From Longimicrobiales bacterium (GTDB taxonomy: Bacteria > Gemmatimonadota > Gemmatimonadetes > Longimicrobiales > Gaopeijiaceae), in assembly GCA_965248195.1 (NCBI GenBank), contig CBDFIQ010000001.1, positions 1,056,001-1,120,000 on the forward strand: a stretch of 64,000 bases of DNA, given 5' to 3'. Below, piece after piece: positions 20,179 to 30,908 of the stretch. How positions within the stretch are numbered: position 1 is the stretch's first letter; the number at the start of each line of letters is the position of its first letter. A program made the position numbers and the translations under genes. A model generated the notes under the pieces. It was given only the letters and a program-made list of their open reading frames with translations, made no database searches and was not told the origin of the DNA.

Positions 20179-22237
20179 TAGTTGCCTGCCGCCGTTGCCC
20201 CCGAGACGACGCGTGCAACTTCCTCCACCCAATTCGTGATGACGTGGATGCGATCGGCCGACGGCTCTGATGGGACATCGATCACCAGGAAGCGCCTTCC
20301 GTCGGGGTGGAGATCATACGAGCGCTCCCCCACGTTGAGGTAGGCCCCCTCGAAGATCAGCCTCGGTTGGCCGACCGTCAGTTCCGGCTCCGTCTCGATC
20401 CGGAACCTGTCAACGACAATGGGACACTCTACGGGATTAATTAGAGAGCAATATCCTGTGTGGTGAGGGAAGGGATGGGAGGATTGATGTAGACGGCCTC
20501 CGGGAGCGGTTTGGGCTTCGGCACACCTGTGACGAAGCGTTCGGGATGAGCGGCCCATGCTTCGCGGAGCACGGATTTCCTGCCGGCAATGACCTGATCG
20601 GCGTTCCCGAAGTGGACCTGCTCGGGGGTTAGCATCGAGATACCGCCATGGCGGTGCTCGGCATTGTACCAGCGGAAGAACGATCGACACAACGTCTTGG
20701 CCTGGCCCTGATCCCCGAACCGCCCGGGAAACGAGGGATGGTACTTCAAGGTTTTGAACTGAGCCTCGGAAAACGGGTTGTCATCCGACACCTGAGGCCG
20801 GCTCAACGAGCGAGTCACGCCGAGGTCAGCGAGAAGTTGAGCGGTGCATTGGCTCGTCATTGGAGCTCCCCGATCCGAGTGCAGGGTCAGGACCCGGGGC
20901 TGGACGCCATGCTTCAGGCAGCTCTGCTGGATCAACCGGCCGGCCAGGGCCGAGTTCTCCCGGTCCGCCACCATCCAGCCCACGACGTAGCGGCTGTAGA
21001 TGTCCATGATGACGTAGAGGTAGTAATAGCTCCACTTCTTCGGCCCGAGTAGCCGCGTGATATCCCAGGACCACACCTGGTTCGGCGCCGTGGCCATCAA
21101 CTCGGGCTTCTTGTACTCGGGATGGGTGCGCTGCGCCCGGCGTTCCTGAACCGGCACCTCGGAGGCCAGAACACGATACATCGTGCGTTCGCTGCACAGG
21201 TAGACCTCTTCGTCGAGCAGCGTGGCCACCACCTCGGCGGGTGAGCGGTCCACGAACCGCTCCGAACACAGCGTGTCGAAGACCTCGCCTCGTTCCGTCT
21301 CGCTCAATGCCCGGGCGGGCGTCGGGCGGGGCTGCCGTTGCCCGGTCGATGGGCCTCGACGACGGTAGAACGTCGATCGGGAGACCTCGAGAGCCGCGCA
21401 CGCCGGTTTTACACCGACGTGCTTAGCCAGCTCATCGGCCGCCTTCAAGAGTTCGTCCCGTCGTCGAGGCTTATCCCCAGCAGCCCCGCAACTTTTCCCT
21501 GCACGTCGATGATCAGGTGTGCCTTCCTGAGCTCATTCTCGAGCCGTGCGTTTTGCCGCTCCAGCTTGCGTACCTTCTCATCCAGCGGATTCCGCTCCGG
21601 CTTGCGGCCGCGTTTCTTCGACAGGGCCTTCAGCGACCCGCTATGCGCCGCCTTGCGCCACGTCGTCAGGTGCGACGAGTACAGGCCCTCGCGCCGCAGG
21701 AGCTGACCCACCTCGCCGGGCTCGGTGCACCGGTCCGCTTCTTCGACGATCCGCAGCTTGTACGATGGACTGAACCGCCGGCGTAGCGGCCTATCTACTA
21801 CCTCCGGGTCCGCAGGAGCTGCCGCGCTTCGCTTGGCCTCCCCGATTCCAGGGGCACTACCATTCTCTTCCATTCTCTCTCGCAGTCCCAACATGTTCGT
21901 TTTCTCTGCCTTCGCCCTACTCTAATTCTTTGCGTGCTCCGTGTCTCACGTACGTTGGCAGAGAGGGATCGGGACCGCCCACCAACGGTTGCTACTTCGG
22001 TAGTAGATCTCGCTGCCGTCGCTCGACCACAGGGGCTCTTCCGCGTTGTCGTGCACCGAGACTTTCTCCCGTGACGCTCCGGTGCGAGGGAAGGGTTCGA
22101 CATAGACCTGATACTGGCCAGAGATATCCGAAGTATAGGCAACCCAGTCCCCGTTCGGCTCGAGAACAGCTCCCCACTCGTTCGCGTCAGTAGCGAGGTA
22201 GACCTCTGCTTGACTCAACGTATCGACCATCCACAGG
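20178..22237 (-). pseudogene. C-terminal remnant of a TolB-like beta-propeller protein (of the type fused to Ser/Thr kinases), split by an IS3-like element
   Basis: WVAYTSDISGQYQVYVEPFP, EPLWSSDGSEIYYRS (21968..22237) continues as YDLHPDGRRFL..IHVITNW (20178..20400). Confidence 0.7.
20401..21967 (-). mobile_element. IS3-like element copy A (1567 bp; orfA 21445..21894, orfB 20441..21448)
   Basis: DDE motifs WSWDIT, HSDRG, DNPFSE; orfA/orfB TTGA overlap; 3-bp TSD ATC. Confidence 0.93.
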
Positions 22238-23436
22238 TGAATCGCCCCGGGTTCATCGGAGACTGTTTGACTTGAGTGTCAGAGGCTCACCTGGAGCGTC
22301 CTGACGCGAATAATACAACTCTTCGTACTCGGCCGGCGGGATATGGCCGTGGGGCTCGAAGAGGCGATGGTGATTGAACCACCAGACCCATTCGAGGGTG
22401 GCGAGCTCGATGTCTTCGAGGGTGCGCCACGGACCGCGTGGACGAATGAGCTCGGTCTTGTAGAGTCCGATGATCGTCTCGGCCAGGGCGTTGTCATACG
22501 AATCCCCCCGGCTGCCTACGGACGGCTCGATGCCTGCCAACGCCAGGCGCTCGGTGTAGCGGATAGACAGGTACTGCCCCCCGCGGTCGCTGTGATGCAC
22601 CAGGCGCTTGTCTGCGTCGTCCTCGCGTTCACAGATCGCCTGCTCGAGAGCGTCGAGCGCTAAGTCACTGCGTAATGAGTTCGAGACCCGCCATCCGACG
22701 ATGCGACGGCTGAACGCATCGATCACGAACGCCACGAAGACAAACGCATGGCCCGTCCGCACGTACGTGAGGTCCGAGACCCACAGCTCGTTGGGACGTG
22801 CCGCGCTGAAGTCTCGGTTCACGAGGTCCAGCGGGCGCTCGTCGCCCTCCGCCGTGTGCGTTGTCACCTTGAAGCGCCGCCCTCGCGTAACCCCACAAAG
22901 CTCCAGTTCCTTCATGAGCCGAGCCACCGTGCATCGAGCCACGGTGATGCCTTCCCGGTTCAGCTGCTTCCACACCTTCTTCGCCCCGTAGACCTGGAAG
23001 TTCTGCATCCACACTCGACGGATCTCCGGCTTCAGCATCTCGTCGCGCTGAGCCCGGACCGATCGTAGCGTCGGATCTGCCTGCATCGCCTTGTGCGTGT
23101 AGTAGGTCGACGGAGCGATCGGCAGTACCTCGCAGATCGGCTCGACTCCGTACGTGGGCCGGTAATCGTCGATGAAGGCCACCATCACCGAACTCGGCGG
23201 TCGAGCTCCGCCTGTGCGAAATACGCCGATGCCTTACGCAGAATCTCGTTCGCCCGCTTCAGCTCACGATTCTCACGCTCCAGCACCTTCAGTCGCTCAC
23301 GCTCTTCTGTCTTGAGACCGGGCCGTTGCCCCGTGTCTCGCTCCGCTCGTCGAACCCATTTACGTAGCGTCTCCGCCGTGCACCCGATCTTCTCCGAGAT
23401 CGAGCAGATCGCCGCCCACTGTGAGCTGTACTCAGG
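22238..23436 (-). mobile_element. IS3-family (IS51-like) copy 2, left end deleted
   Basis: orfB identical in protein sequence to that of the 8502..9819 element; orfA cut by IS3-like copy B. Confidence 0.93.
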
Positions 23437-25003
23437 CCCTCTCTGCCAACGTACGTGAGACACGGAGCACGCAAAGAATTAGAGTAGGGCGAAGGCAGAG
23501 AAAACGAACATGTTGGGACTGCGAGAGAGAATGGAAGAGAATGGTAGTGCCCCTGGAATCGGGGAGGCCAAGCGAAGCGCGGCAGCTCCTGCGGACCCGG
23601 AGGTAGTAGATAGGCCGCTACGCCGGCGGTTCAGTCCATCGTACAAGCTGCGGATCGTCGAAGAAGCGGACCGGTGCACCGAGCCCGGCGAGGTGGGTCA
23701 GCTCCTGCGGCGCGAGGGCCTGTACTCGTCGCACCTGACGACGTGGCGCAAGGCGGCGCATAGCGGGTCGCTGAAGGCCCTGTCGAAGAAACGCGGCCGC
23801 AAGCCGGAGCGGAATCCGCTGGATGAGAAGGTACGCAAGCTGGAGCGGCAAAACGCACGGCTCGAGAATGAGCTCAGGAAGGCACACCTGATCATCGACG
23901 TGCAGGGAAAAGTTGCGGGGCTGCTGGGGATAAGCCTCGACGACGGGACGAACTCTTGAAGGCGGCCGATGAGCTGGCTAAGCACGTCGGTGTAAAACCG
24001 GCGTGCGCGGCTCTCGAGGTCTCCCGATCGACGTTCTACCGTCGTCGAGGCCCATCGACCGGGCAACGGCAGCCCCGCCCGACGCCCGCCCGGGCATTGA
24101 GCGAGACGGAACGAGGCGAGGTCTTCGACACGCTGTGTTCGGAGCGGTTCGTGGACCGCTCACCCGCCGAGGTGGTGGCCACGCTGCTCGACGAAGAGGT
24201 CTACCTGTGCAGCGAACGCACGATGTATCGTGTTCTGGCCTCCGAGGTGCCGGTTCAGGAACGCCGGGCGCAGCGCACCCATCCCGAGTACAAGAAGCCC
24301 GAGTTGATGGCCACGGCGCCGAACCAGGTGTGGTCCTGGGATATCACGCGGCTACTCGGGCCGAAGAAGTGGAGCTATTACTACCTCTACGTCATCATGG
24401 ACATCTACAGCCGCTACGTCGTGGGCTGGATGGTGGCGGACCGGGAGAACTCGGCCCTGGCCGGCCGGTTGATCCAGCAGAGCTGCCTGAAGCATGGCGT
24501 CCAGCCCCGGGTCCTGACCCTGCACTCGGATCGGGGAGCTCCAATGACGAGCCAATGCACCGCTCAACTTCTCGCTGACCTCGGCGTGACTCGCTCGTTG
24601 AGCCGGCCTCAGGTGTCGGATGACAACCCGTTTTCCGAGGCTCAGTTCAAAACCTTGAAGTACCATCCCTCGTTTCCCGGGCGGTTCGGGGATCAGGGCC
24701 AGGCCAAGACGTTGTGTCGATCGTTCTTCCGCTGGTACAATGCCGAGCACCGCCATGGCGGTATCTCGATGCTAACCCCCGAGCAGGTCCACTTCGGGAA
24801 CGCCGATCAGGTCATTGCCGGCAGGAAATCCGTGCTCCGCGAAGCATGGGCCGCTCATCCCGAACGCTTCGTCACAGGTGTGCCGAAGCCCAAACCGCTC
24901 CCGGAGGCCGTCTACATCAATCCTCCCATCCCTTCCCTCACCACACAGGATATTGCTCTCTAATTAATCCCGTAGAGTGTCCCATTGTCGTTGACAGGTT
25001 CCG
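23437..25003 (+). mobile_element. IS3-like element copy B (orfA 23510..23959, orfB 23956..24963)
   Basis: Same as copy A; no TSD (adjacent deletion). Confidence 0.93.
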
Positions 25004-25388
25004 GACCGGACCCGAGGTCGTCGCGTTCCTCTTCGCCCCAATCGTCCTCTTCGCGCTCGCGAGTCTCGTATTTCCTCGGGACAACCGTGAGGTCGATTTG
25101 AACACGTACTTCATTGAGAATCGACGGCCTTTCTTTGGCCTCTTGGCGTTCCTCTCTGTGGCCGTCCTCGGTGGGCCGTTCGTGTTCTATGACGTTGAAG
25201 CATTCGGCGCGGTAATCGGGGTGGAGCTAGACGCCACGGGAGCTGCTCTGAGGGTCCTCATCTTTGTTTCGATCTGCGGGCTTCTGGCGTGGTCATCGAA
25301 CGCCAAGGTCCATCTCGCGTTCGCTGTCATCTCACTCGTCCTAGCCCTCAGCCTGGTCGGTACTCCTTTATTGGTACTGTCCGGATAG
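25004..25388 (+). pseudogene. 3' remnant of a membrane-protein cassette gene
   Basis: Hydrophobic helices, DLNTYFIENRRPFF; starts at IS junction, ends just before attC. Confidence 0.6.
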
Positions 25389-25494
25389 CGGGTCTTGCGG
25401 CGGATGCGGTACCATCTAACAAGCGATTGCTGCGGTCGCGGTAAGCATCAGGCTCGCGCGCTCCGCTTGCGGAGGGCATCTTAGCCGCGCAGCA

Positions 25495-26951
25495 TCTATA
25501 AGGTGAAGGGAGTCAACAGGGCGTAGCCCTCCCTTACCCGTCCGGGGTCCCGGAGGGGTGGCTCGGTCCACTGGTCTGTAGCTCAAGGCCTGCGTGATCA
25601 TCTTCCGTTTTTCATCCTTCAGTACCAACGTCGCGTCCGATCTTGGGTGAGTCTCCTCTCACGAGGAACTCAGGCATCTATTCAGGTTTCATCCCAGCGC
25701 GGGGATGTCCGAAGATCTGCTATGCGAGCGGGGGGCTCAATCAGAATCTGAGGGTCGTCGTGCGACATGCTGCGCGCGGAGCTCACCCCTGTCGTGGTAC
25801 GGTCCATCATCGTGTGTCATCTCAGTTTGATCGAGCCACGGGTTCATCGTGCCAGACCTCACCCGTACGGAGCATCGCGTGCACAGCACGAGCGAGGCGC
25901 CGAGCGGTAGCGACCCGAGCGACCTGCCACCCGAGCCGTTGCCTGATCAGTTCGTACGACTGTGATAGCCAGCTGTCGGGCGCGTGAGTGACGTGGCTCA
26001 CGACGGTCCGGACGAAGGTGCCCCTCAGCCAACGGTTGGCCCCGGCGGGGATCGATCCGTGGCGGATGGGCCGGAGCCCTGACTGTGAGGAGCGAGGGGC
26101 TAGACCGGCGTAGCTGACCAGGTGCCCCGGTGTACGAAATCGTTTGATGGGCAACGTCTCGGTGGCGATGAGCAATGCCCGATAGGAACCGACGCCCGGG
26201 ATGGTCTCGAGCAGAGCTACAGCGGGGACCTTGCGGCCTACGTGCTCAACCCTGCGATCAAGCGTTTTGATCATCGGCACGATCTGGTCGATGAGTTCCC
26301 ACTGCATGTCGATGAACAGACGCCGCTCGGCTCCGAGCAGCGGCCACGCCACGTCATGCACCCACTGGCGTCCATCCTGGGTGAGCAGACGCCCACGCTC
26401 CAGATGAAGCCCGACGTTGTGGATCTGGGCATGGATGCGGTTCACCATGCGTGTGCGTTCGCGTACGAGTCGTGCCCGGTTGCGTAGCAGTACCGCCTGC
26501 TCCCGCTGCTCGACGCACTTCGGATGGACCTCGGGGATGAGGCCCGCGAGTCGCATACGCGCCAACAACTCGGCGTCGATGTCGTCACTCTTGTAGTTGG
26601 ACTCGGCGATGACTCGGAGCCGCTTGGCGTGAGCGAGCACGAAGTCGATCCCCCGCTCTTGGAGTCGATCGAAGAGCCACGGCCAGGCCGGACTCGTCTC
26701 GACGACCACCTCCAGGGGCTGATACTGCTCCAGTAGATCATTGAGCCGATCCTCTTGCGTGTTCTTGATCCGGATGGGTCCGGCAACGAGCTGACCTGTG
26801 TTGCTCACGATGGCGATCACCGAATACGTTGCGTGAGCATCGATTCCTGCGACAAACATGGCTGGCCTCCTTGGGTTGGGTGCCGCAGGCCTTTGAGCAA
26901 GATCAGCGTAACGCCACGCTCGAGTGAGGTCAGCCTTTCGCCTTATAAGAT
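25495..26951 (-). mobile_element. IS110-family (IS1111-type) element copy 1 (1457 bp; recombinase 25822..26859)
   Basis: DEDD RuvC-like motifs GID, VVET, KSDDID; YAGLAPRSSQSG; sub-terminal IRs TATAAGGCGAAAGG / TATAAGGTGAAGG; CA core at both ends; long 3' non-coding region. Confidence 0.93.
25600..25815 (-). ncRNA. putative bridge/seek RNA (approximate limits)
   Basis: Contains CGCGCAGCA and GATTCTG (attC target halves) and ATAGATG and AAGATC (circle-junction halves) in internal loops. Confidence 0.75.
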
Positions 26952-27009
26952 CAGAATCGCAGAGACGTTAGAACGCGCCAAGAGGTTCAGGACAGGAGAG
27001 GCACAACCC

Positions 27010-28107
27010 ATGACTATGTCCGGCCAAGCCCGCTCCAAAACCGAGCAGCCCTTCTCGCCAGGTCGACTCGCCGATCCTAACAGAGTCTTGAAGACCGATC
27101 CTCGCGCCGACCCTCGAATGGTGGCTGCCCTCGCCGAATTTGGCTTCGACGAGGCCCCACCGCCCGCACCGGTCACCGCCGAATCGCCACTCGACGAAAT
27201 ACTCGAGTTCATTGCCGTTGCGGAGCCGGGCTACGAAGACCTCTTCACAGCCTGGCTAGCGGACTTACCTCCGATTGAGAGTGTGGAGAGGCGTACCGAG
27301 GTGATAAGGGGAGTGGACGACAACGACATCAGCCTCTTTATCCACAAGCCCCAGAATGCTTCTGGCCCCTTACCCTGTGTGTATCATATCCACGGAGGTG
27401 CCATGGTCATTCTGGAGGCCGCCGGCTCTCTCGCCACGCGCTGGCGCGACGAGCTTTCCGCTGTCGGAATGGTGGTGGTGGGCGTGGAGTTTCGGAACGG
27501 CGCAGGGAAGCTCGGCAACCACCCGTTCCCTGCAGGACTCAACGATTGCATGAGCGGGCTACAGTGGACGTTCGATAACAAGGCCGCGCTTGGGATTTCC
27601 ACGATTGTGGTGTCCGGTGAGTCAGGCGGCGGAAACCTCAGTCTTGCCGTGAGTCTAAAGGCCAAGAGGGATGACAAGCTGAAGCAGATCGATGGCACGT
27701 ATGCGCTCTGTCCGTACATCTCGAACGCCTGGGCCAACAAAATCCAAGAGCTTCCATCCCTCTACGAGAACGACGACTACTTCATGAGCTGCAGCACGTT
27801 GGGCGCGTGTGCTGTCGCGTACGACCCTGCACACGAGAACGATCACAATCCGCTTTGCTGGCCCTATTTCGCCGAGACTGAGGAGCTGCAGGGTCTGCCC
27901 CCACATGCCATATCGGTCAATGAGCTAGACCCTTTGCGGGACGAGGGGCTGCAGTACTACCAGATGCTCATGGCGGCCGGCGTGAGTGTCTACGGCCGGA
28001 CCGTCAACGGCACCTGCCACGCTGGCGATATGATTTTTCGAAAAGTGCTCCCGGAAGTATCAGCGGCCACGATTCGAGACATCAAGGGGTTCGCGGACTC
28101 GTTGTAG
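27010..28107 (+). CDS. HSL-family alpha/beta hydrolase (esterase)
   Basis: HGGA oxyanion motif, GESGG nucleophile, DPLRDEG, GTCH. Confidence 0.9.
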   Translation: MTMSGQARSKTEQPFSPGRLADPNRVLKTDPRADPRMVAALAEFGFDEAPPPAPVTAESPLDEILEFIAVAEPGYEDLFTAWLADLPPIESVERRTEVIRGVDDNDISLFIHKPQNASGPLPCVYHIHGGAMVILEAAGSLATRWRDELSAVGMVVVGVEFRNGAGKLGNHPFPAGLNDCMSGLQWTFDNKAALGISTIVVSGESGGGNLSLAVSLKAKRDDKLKQIDGTYALCPYISNAWANKIQELPSLYENDDYFMSCSTLGACAVAYDPAHENDHNPLCWPYFAETEELQGLPPHAISVNELDPLRDEGLQYYQMLMAAGVSVYGRTVNGTCHAGDMIFRKVLPEVSAATIRDIKGFADSL

Positions 28108-28395
28108 TCGGGCTCGGCCAAACCGCGGTGCCGGGCCGTCGTGACGGCGGTCGGTTGACGCGCGTATGTCTCTCCACGGTAGCGGGCAAGACCCCTGTGC
28201 TTAAACTGATTGAAGGGGAACTCGAGCTGCCAGCCGTCATGCGCGATCGGCGTCCTGGGAGGGGTCGGGCGTCAGGACCGAGCCCCAGTTCACGGAACAT
28301 CCTAGCGCTCAACGTCCCCACCACCCTACAATTCCCCCCCCGGGTCCTCCTTCCTCGGACTCGGTTCGGTTTCCCCGGGCCTGAGAGGCAATCCC

Positions 28396-29865
28396 ATGCG
28401 CGCACCGAACCTGATGGCGATCCGGTCGACCTTGTTCGTCGCTCTCACGACAGCTGCCCTCACCACCCTCGCGCTCGCGGCCGCACCGACCCACGCGGGC
28501 GCCCAGGCGACCGCCTCGGAGTCCGAGGTCCTGGCTCAGATCGACCTCTTCTCCGCGTGGCTCGAAGGTCAGATCGAGATCCGTGGACTACCGGGCGCCG
28601 TCGTCGGCGTCGTTTCGGGTGATGAGCTGGTGTGGGCTGAGGGCTTCGGACGTGCGGTCGTCGATGCGGATCGGCCCATGGAGACCGATACGCGCTTCCG
28701 CATGGCTTCGCACAGCAAGCTCTTCACCGCAACCGCGATCATGCAGCTCCGGGAACAAGGCAAGGTTCGGCTTGATGATCCCGTCACCGATTACCTGCCA
28801 TGGTTCACGTTCCAGAGCGCCGCTCCTGACGATCCCCCGGTCACCATCGAGCACCTGCTAACGCACAGCTCCGGGCTCCCGCACGAGGCCGGTTCGCACT
28901 GGACCGACTTCGACTTCCCAACCGCCGAGGAGGTCCTCGAGTTGATTCCCGATCGTAAGGCCCCCTTCTCACCCGAAGTCCACTGGAAGTACTCGAACCT
29001 CGCCTACACCATCGCCGGCATGATCGTGGAGGAGATCAGCGGGATGCGCTGGGCGGACTACCTGCAGCAGAACATCTTTGACCCGCTCGGCATGAGTTCG
29101 TCTAGCGTCGATCTGCCGGACGCGAAGATGGCTACTGGGTACGGTCGTCGGATGCCGGACGGCTCTCGGCAGGTCTTTCCGTTCGTCGACGCGTGCGGGA
29201 TGGCCGCCGCGACGGGACTTACGTCGACGGTCGAAGACATGGCCCGCTTCGTGTCTGCCCAGTTTCGGACGGGGGCCCGCGGCGGTGATCGGCTTCTGAG
29301 GACGGCATCGCTTCGGGAGATGCATCGTGTGCGCATGCTCGAAAACACGTGGACGAGCGGCCAAGGCATTGGATTCAGCGTGCGACGGATCGACGGGAAG
29401 CTCTATGTCGGCCACGGCGGCGGATACCCGGGCTACACGACGAATACGACGATACAGCTCGACTCGAAGGTTGGTGTAATCGTTCTAACGAACTCGAATG
29501 ACTCGAACCCTTCCCAGATCGCGGAGCAGCTCATGGGCACGGTCGGCGAAGCTGTCGCCTCCGCGACATCGGTCGAGCCGGAGCCCGTCGCGTGGGATCC
29601 CGCGTGGGAGCGCTTCGCCGGTGTGTACCGGAGCCGCGGCGGCGAGACGCGAGTCCTCGTCATGAACGAACGGCTGGTGACGATGAATCCGTGGGGCACG
29701 AGTATCGGGGACCCGACCCAACTCGAACCGATCGGCGACGGTACGTTTCGCATGGTGGCGCCCACAGGTGGTGGCCCGGTCGGCGAGATCGTACGGTTCG
29801 TCGAGGAGAACGGCGAGGTCGTACGGATGATTACAGGAGATTCGTACTCGGTACGCGTGCGCTAA
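28396..29865 (+). CDS. serine hydrolase, beta-lactamase class C-like/CubicO family, secreted
   Basis: SHSK (SxxK), YSN, HGGG motifs, LLTHSSGL, signal peptide. Confidence 0.9.
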   Translation: MRAPNLMAIRSTLFVALTTAALTTLALAAAPTHAGAQATASESEVLAQIDLFSAWLEGQIEIRGLPGAVVGVVSGDELVWAEGFGRAVVDADRPMETDTRFRMASHSKLFTATAIMQLREQGKVRLDDPVTDYLPWFTFQSAAPDDPPVTIEHLLTHSSGLPHEAGSHWTDFDFPTAEEVLELIPDRKAPFSPEVHWKYSNLAYTIAGMIVEEISGMRWADYLQQNIFDPLGMSSSSVDLPDAKMATGYGRRMPDGSRQVFPFVDACGMAAATGLTSTVEDMARFVSAQFRTGARGGDRLLRTASLREMHRVRMLENTWTSGQGIGFSVRRIDGKLYVGHGGGYPGYTTNTTIQLDSKVGVIVLTNSNDSNPSQIAEQLMGTVGEAVASATSVEPEPVAWDPAWERFAGVYRSRGGETRVLVMNERLVTMNPWGTSIGDPTQLEPIGDGTFRMVAPTGGGPVGEIVRFVEENGEVVRMITGDSYSVRVR

Positions 29866-29952
29866 AAGCGGCTCGACCCGCCGCGCCCGGGACAAGGACC
29901 GAACTACCCGCCCCTCCCCGCCGCGCGCGGGAGGAGATCGGCTTGACGCCGC

Positions 29953-30495
29953 TCAGTTCATCGATGGGTCGTACGGCATCCGGGACAGTTGCCGGTACTC
30001 CGGTCCCTTCCGCTCGAGCACCCTACTCCAGAGCAAGTCGGGCGCATCAGTGAACACGTCATCCTCGCGCGCAGGCTCGATGATCCAACTGCCGGCGGCC
30101 ATCTCCGCCTCGAGCTGGCCCGGCCCCCATCCTGAGTAGCCCGCAAACACCCGCGCCCTGAGAATGCTCGGCTCGATGTTCGGCGAGACCGCGCCCACGA
30201 GAAAGCCCACGGACCCGAATACCAGGATATCCGCTAACTTGGGGTCCGCGAACTCGGCGAGGAGCACGGCGCTGGCCGGCTGGACCGGACCGCCCTGGAA
30301 GAGCGGCTCGCCGGGCGGCACCAAGTCGCTCAGGGGCGGAAGCCGCTCCTGGACCGTGACGTTCAAAGCGTGGTTCAAGACAACGCCCAGCGCCCCGTCG
30401 GCGTTGTGCTCCCCGACCAGGACCACTGTGTGGCGGAAGTTCGGATCGTACAGGCCACCGCTGGAGATCAGCAGACGGCCGCGCAGACTCTCCAA
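29953..30495 (-). CDS. YqgE/AlgH-family protein
   Basis: DPNFRHTVVL..EH..GALGVVLN, FQGGPV, FAGYSGWGPGQLEAE, DPSMN. Confidence 0.9.
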   Translation of the reverse strand: MESLRGRLLISSGGLYDPNFRHTVVLVGEHNADGALGVVLNHALNVTVQERLPPLSDLVPPGEPLFQGGPVQPASAVLLAEFADPKLADILVFGSVGFLVGAVSPNIEPSILRARVFAGYSGWGPGQLEAEMAAGSWIIEPAREDDVFTDAPDLLWSRVLERKGPEYRQLSRMPYDPSMN

Positions 30496-30694
30496 TTCGT
30501 TACCTCGTCTCGACGGTCAAGGGTCGCCTGCCTCCTCATAGTAACGTAGGCGGCGCTGGAGTGCAGCGCTACGACCGGCAGTGTGCCTGGCCAAGGCCCG
30601 GGAGACCGTTGCGAGGCGAGAGGGCTCGAGATTACGTCCCTCATTGACTCTGAGCTTGAGGTAGCGGGATAGCCCGAACTCCGACCCGGCGGCG

Positions 30695-30795
30695 TTCTAA
30701 CCAGCGATTGCTACTGTCGCGGTAGGCATCAGGCTCGCGCGCTCCGCTTGCGATCACCACATTAGCCGCGCAGAGGATTCGCAGAGACGTTAGGT
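30695..30795 (+). repeat. attC site 2 (intact, 101 bp)
   Basis: TTCTAAC-CAGCG-ATTGCTAC ... GAGGATT-CGCAGAGAC-GTTAGGT; similar to other sites. Confidence 0.85.
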
Positions 30796-30908
30796 CGCTA
30801 TGGACTGGGATTGAGCAGTAGCGGCTCGAGAGGAGCCTGGGGAATTCGGACATTTCGATGTTAGTCTAACCCCCAAGATCCACCCCGCTCCTAGGGAGCA
30901 CCAAGACC

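Larger units (their letters stand above)
25414..26973 (+). repeat. attC site 1, interrupted by IS1111-type element
   Basis: ATCTAAC-AAGCG-ATTGCTGC ... GCA|IS|CAGAAT-CGCAGAGAC-GTTAGAA. Confidence 0.85.

Noticed and set aside
26755..27009. N-terminal extension of the esterase ORF (and similar extensions at 42881..44236, 48317, 24714)
   Set aside because: Extensions run through IS or attC DNA; better RBS-linked starts lie downstream
28396..29865. Cassette-borne beta-lactam resistance gene
   Set aside because: Motifs and C-terminal extension fit the broad serine hydrolase/peptidase family, not a defined beta-lactamase
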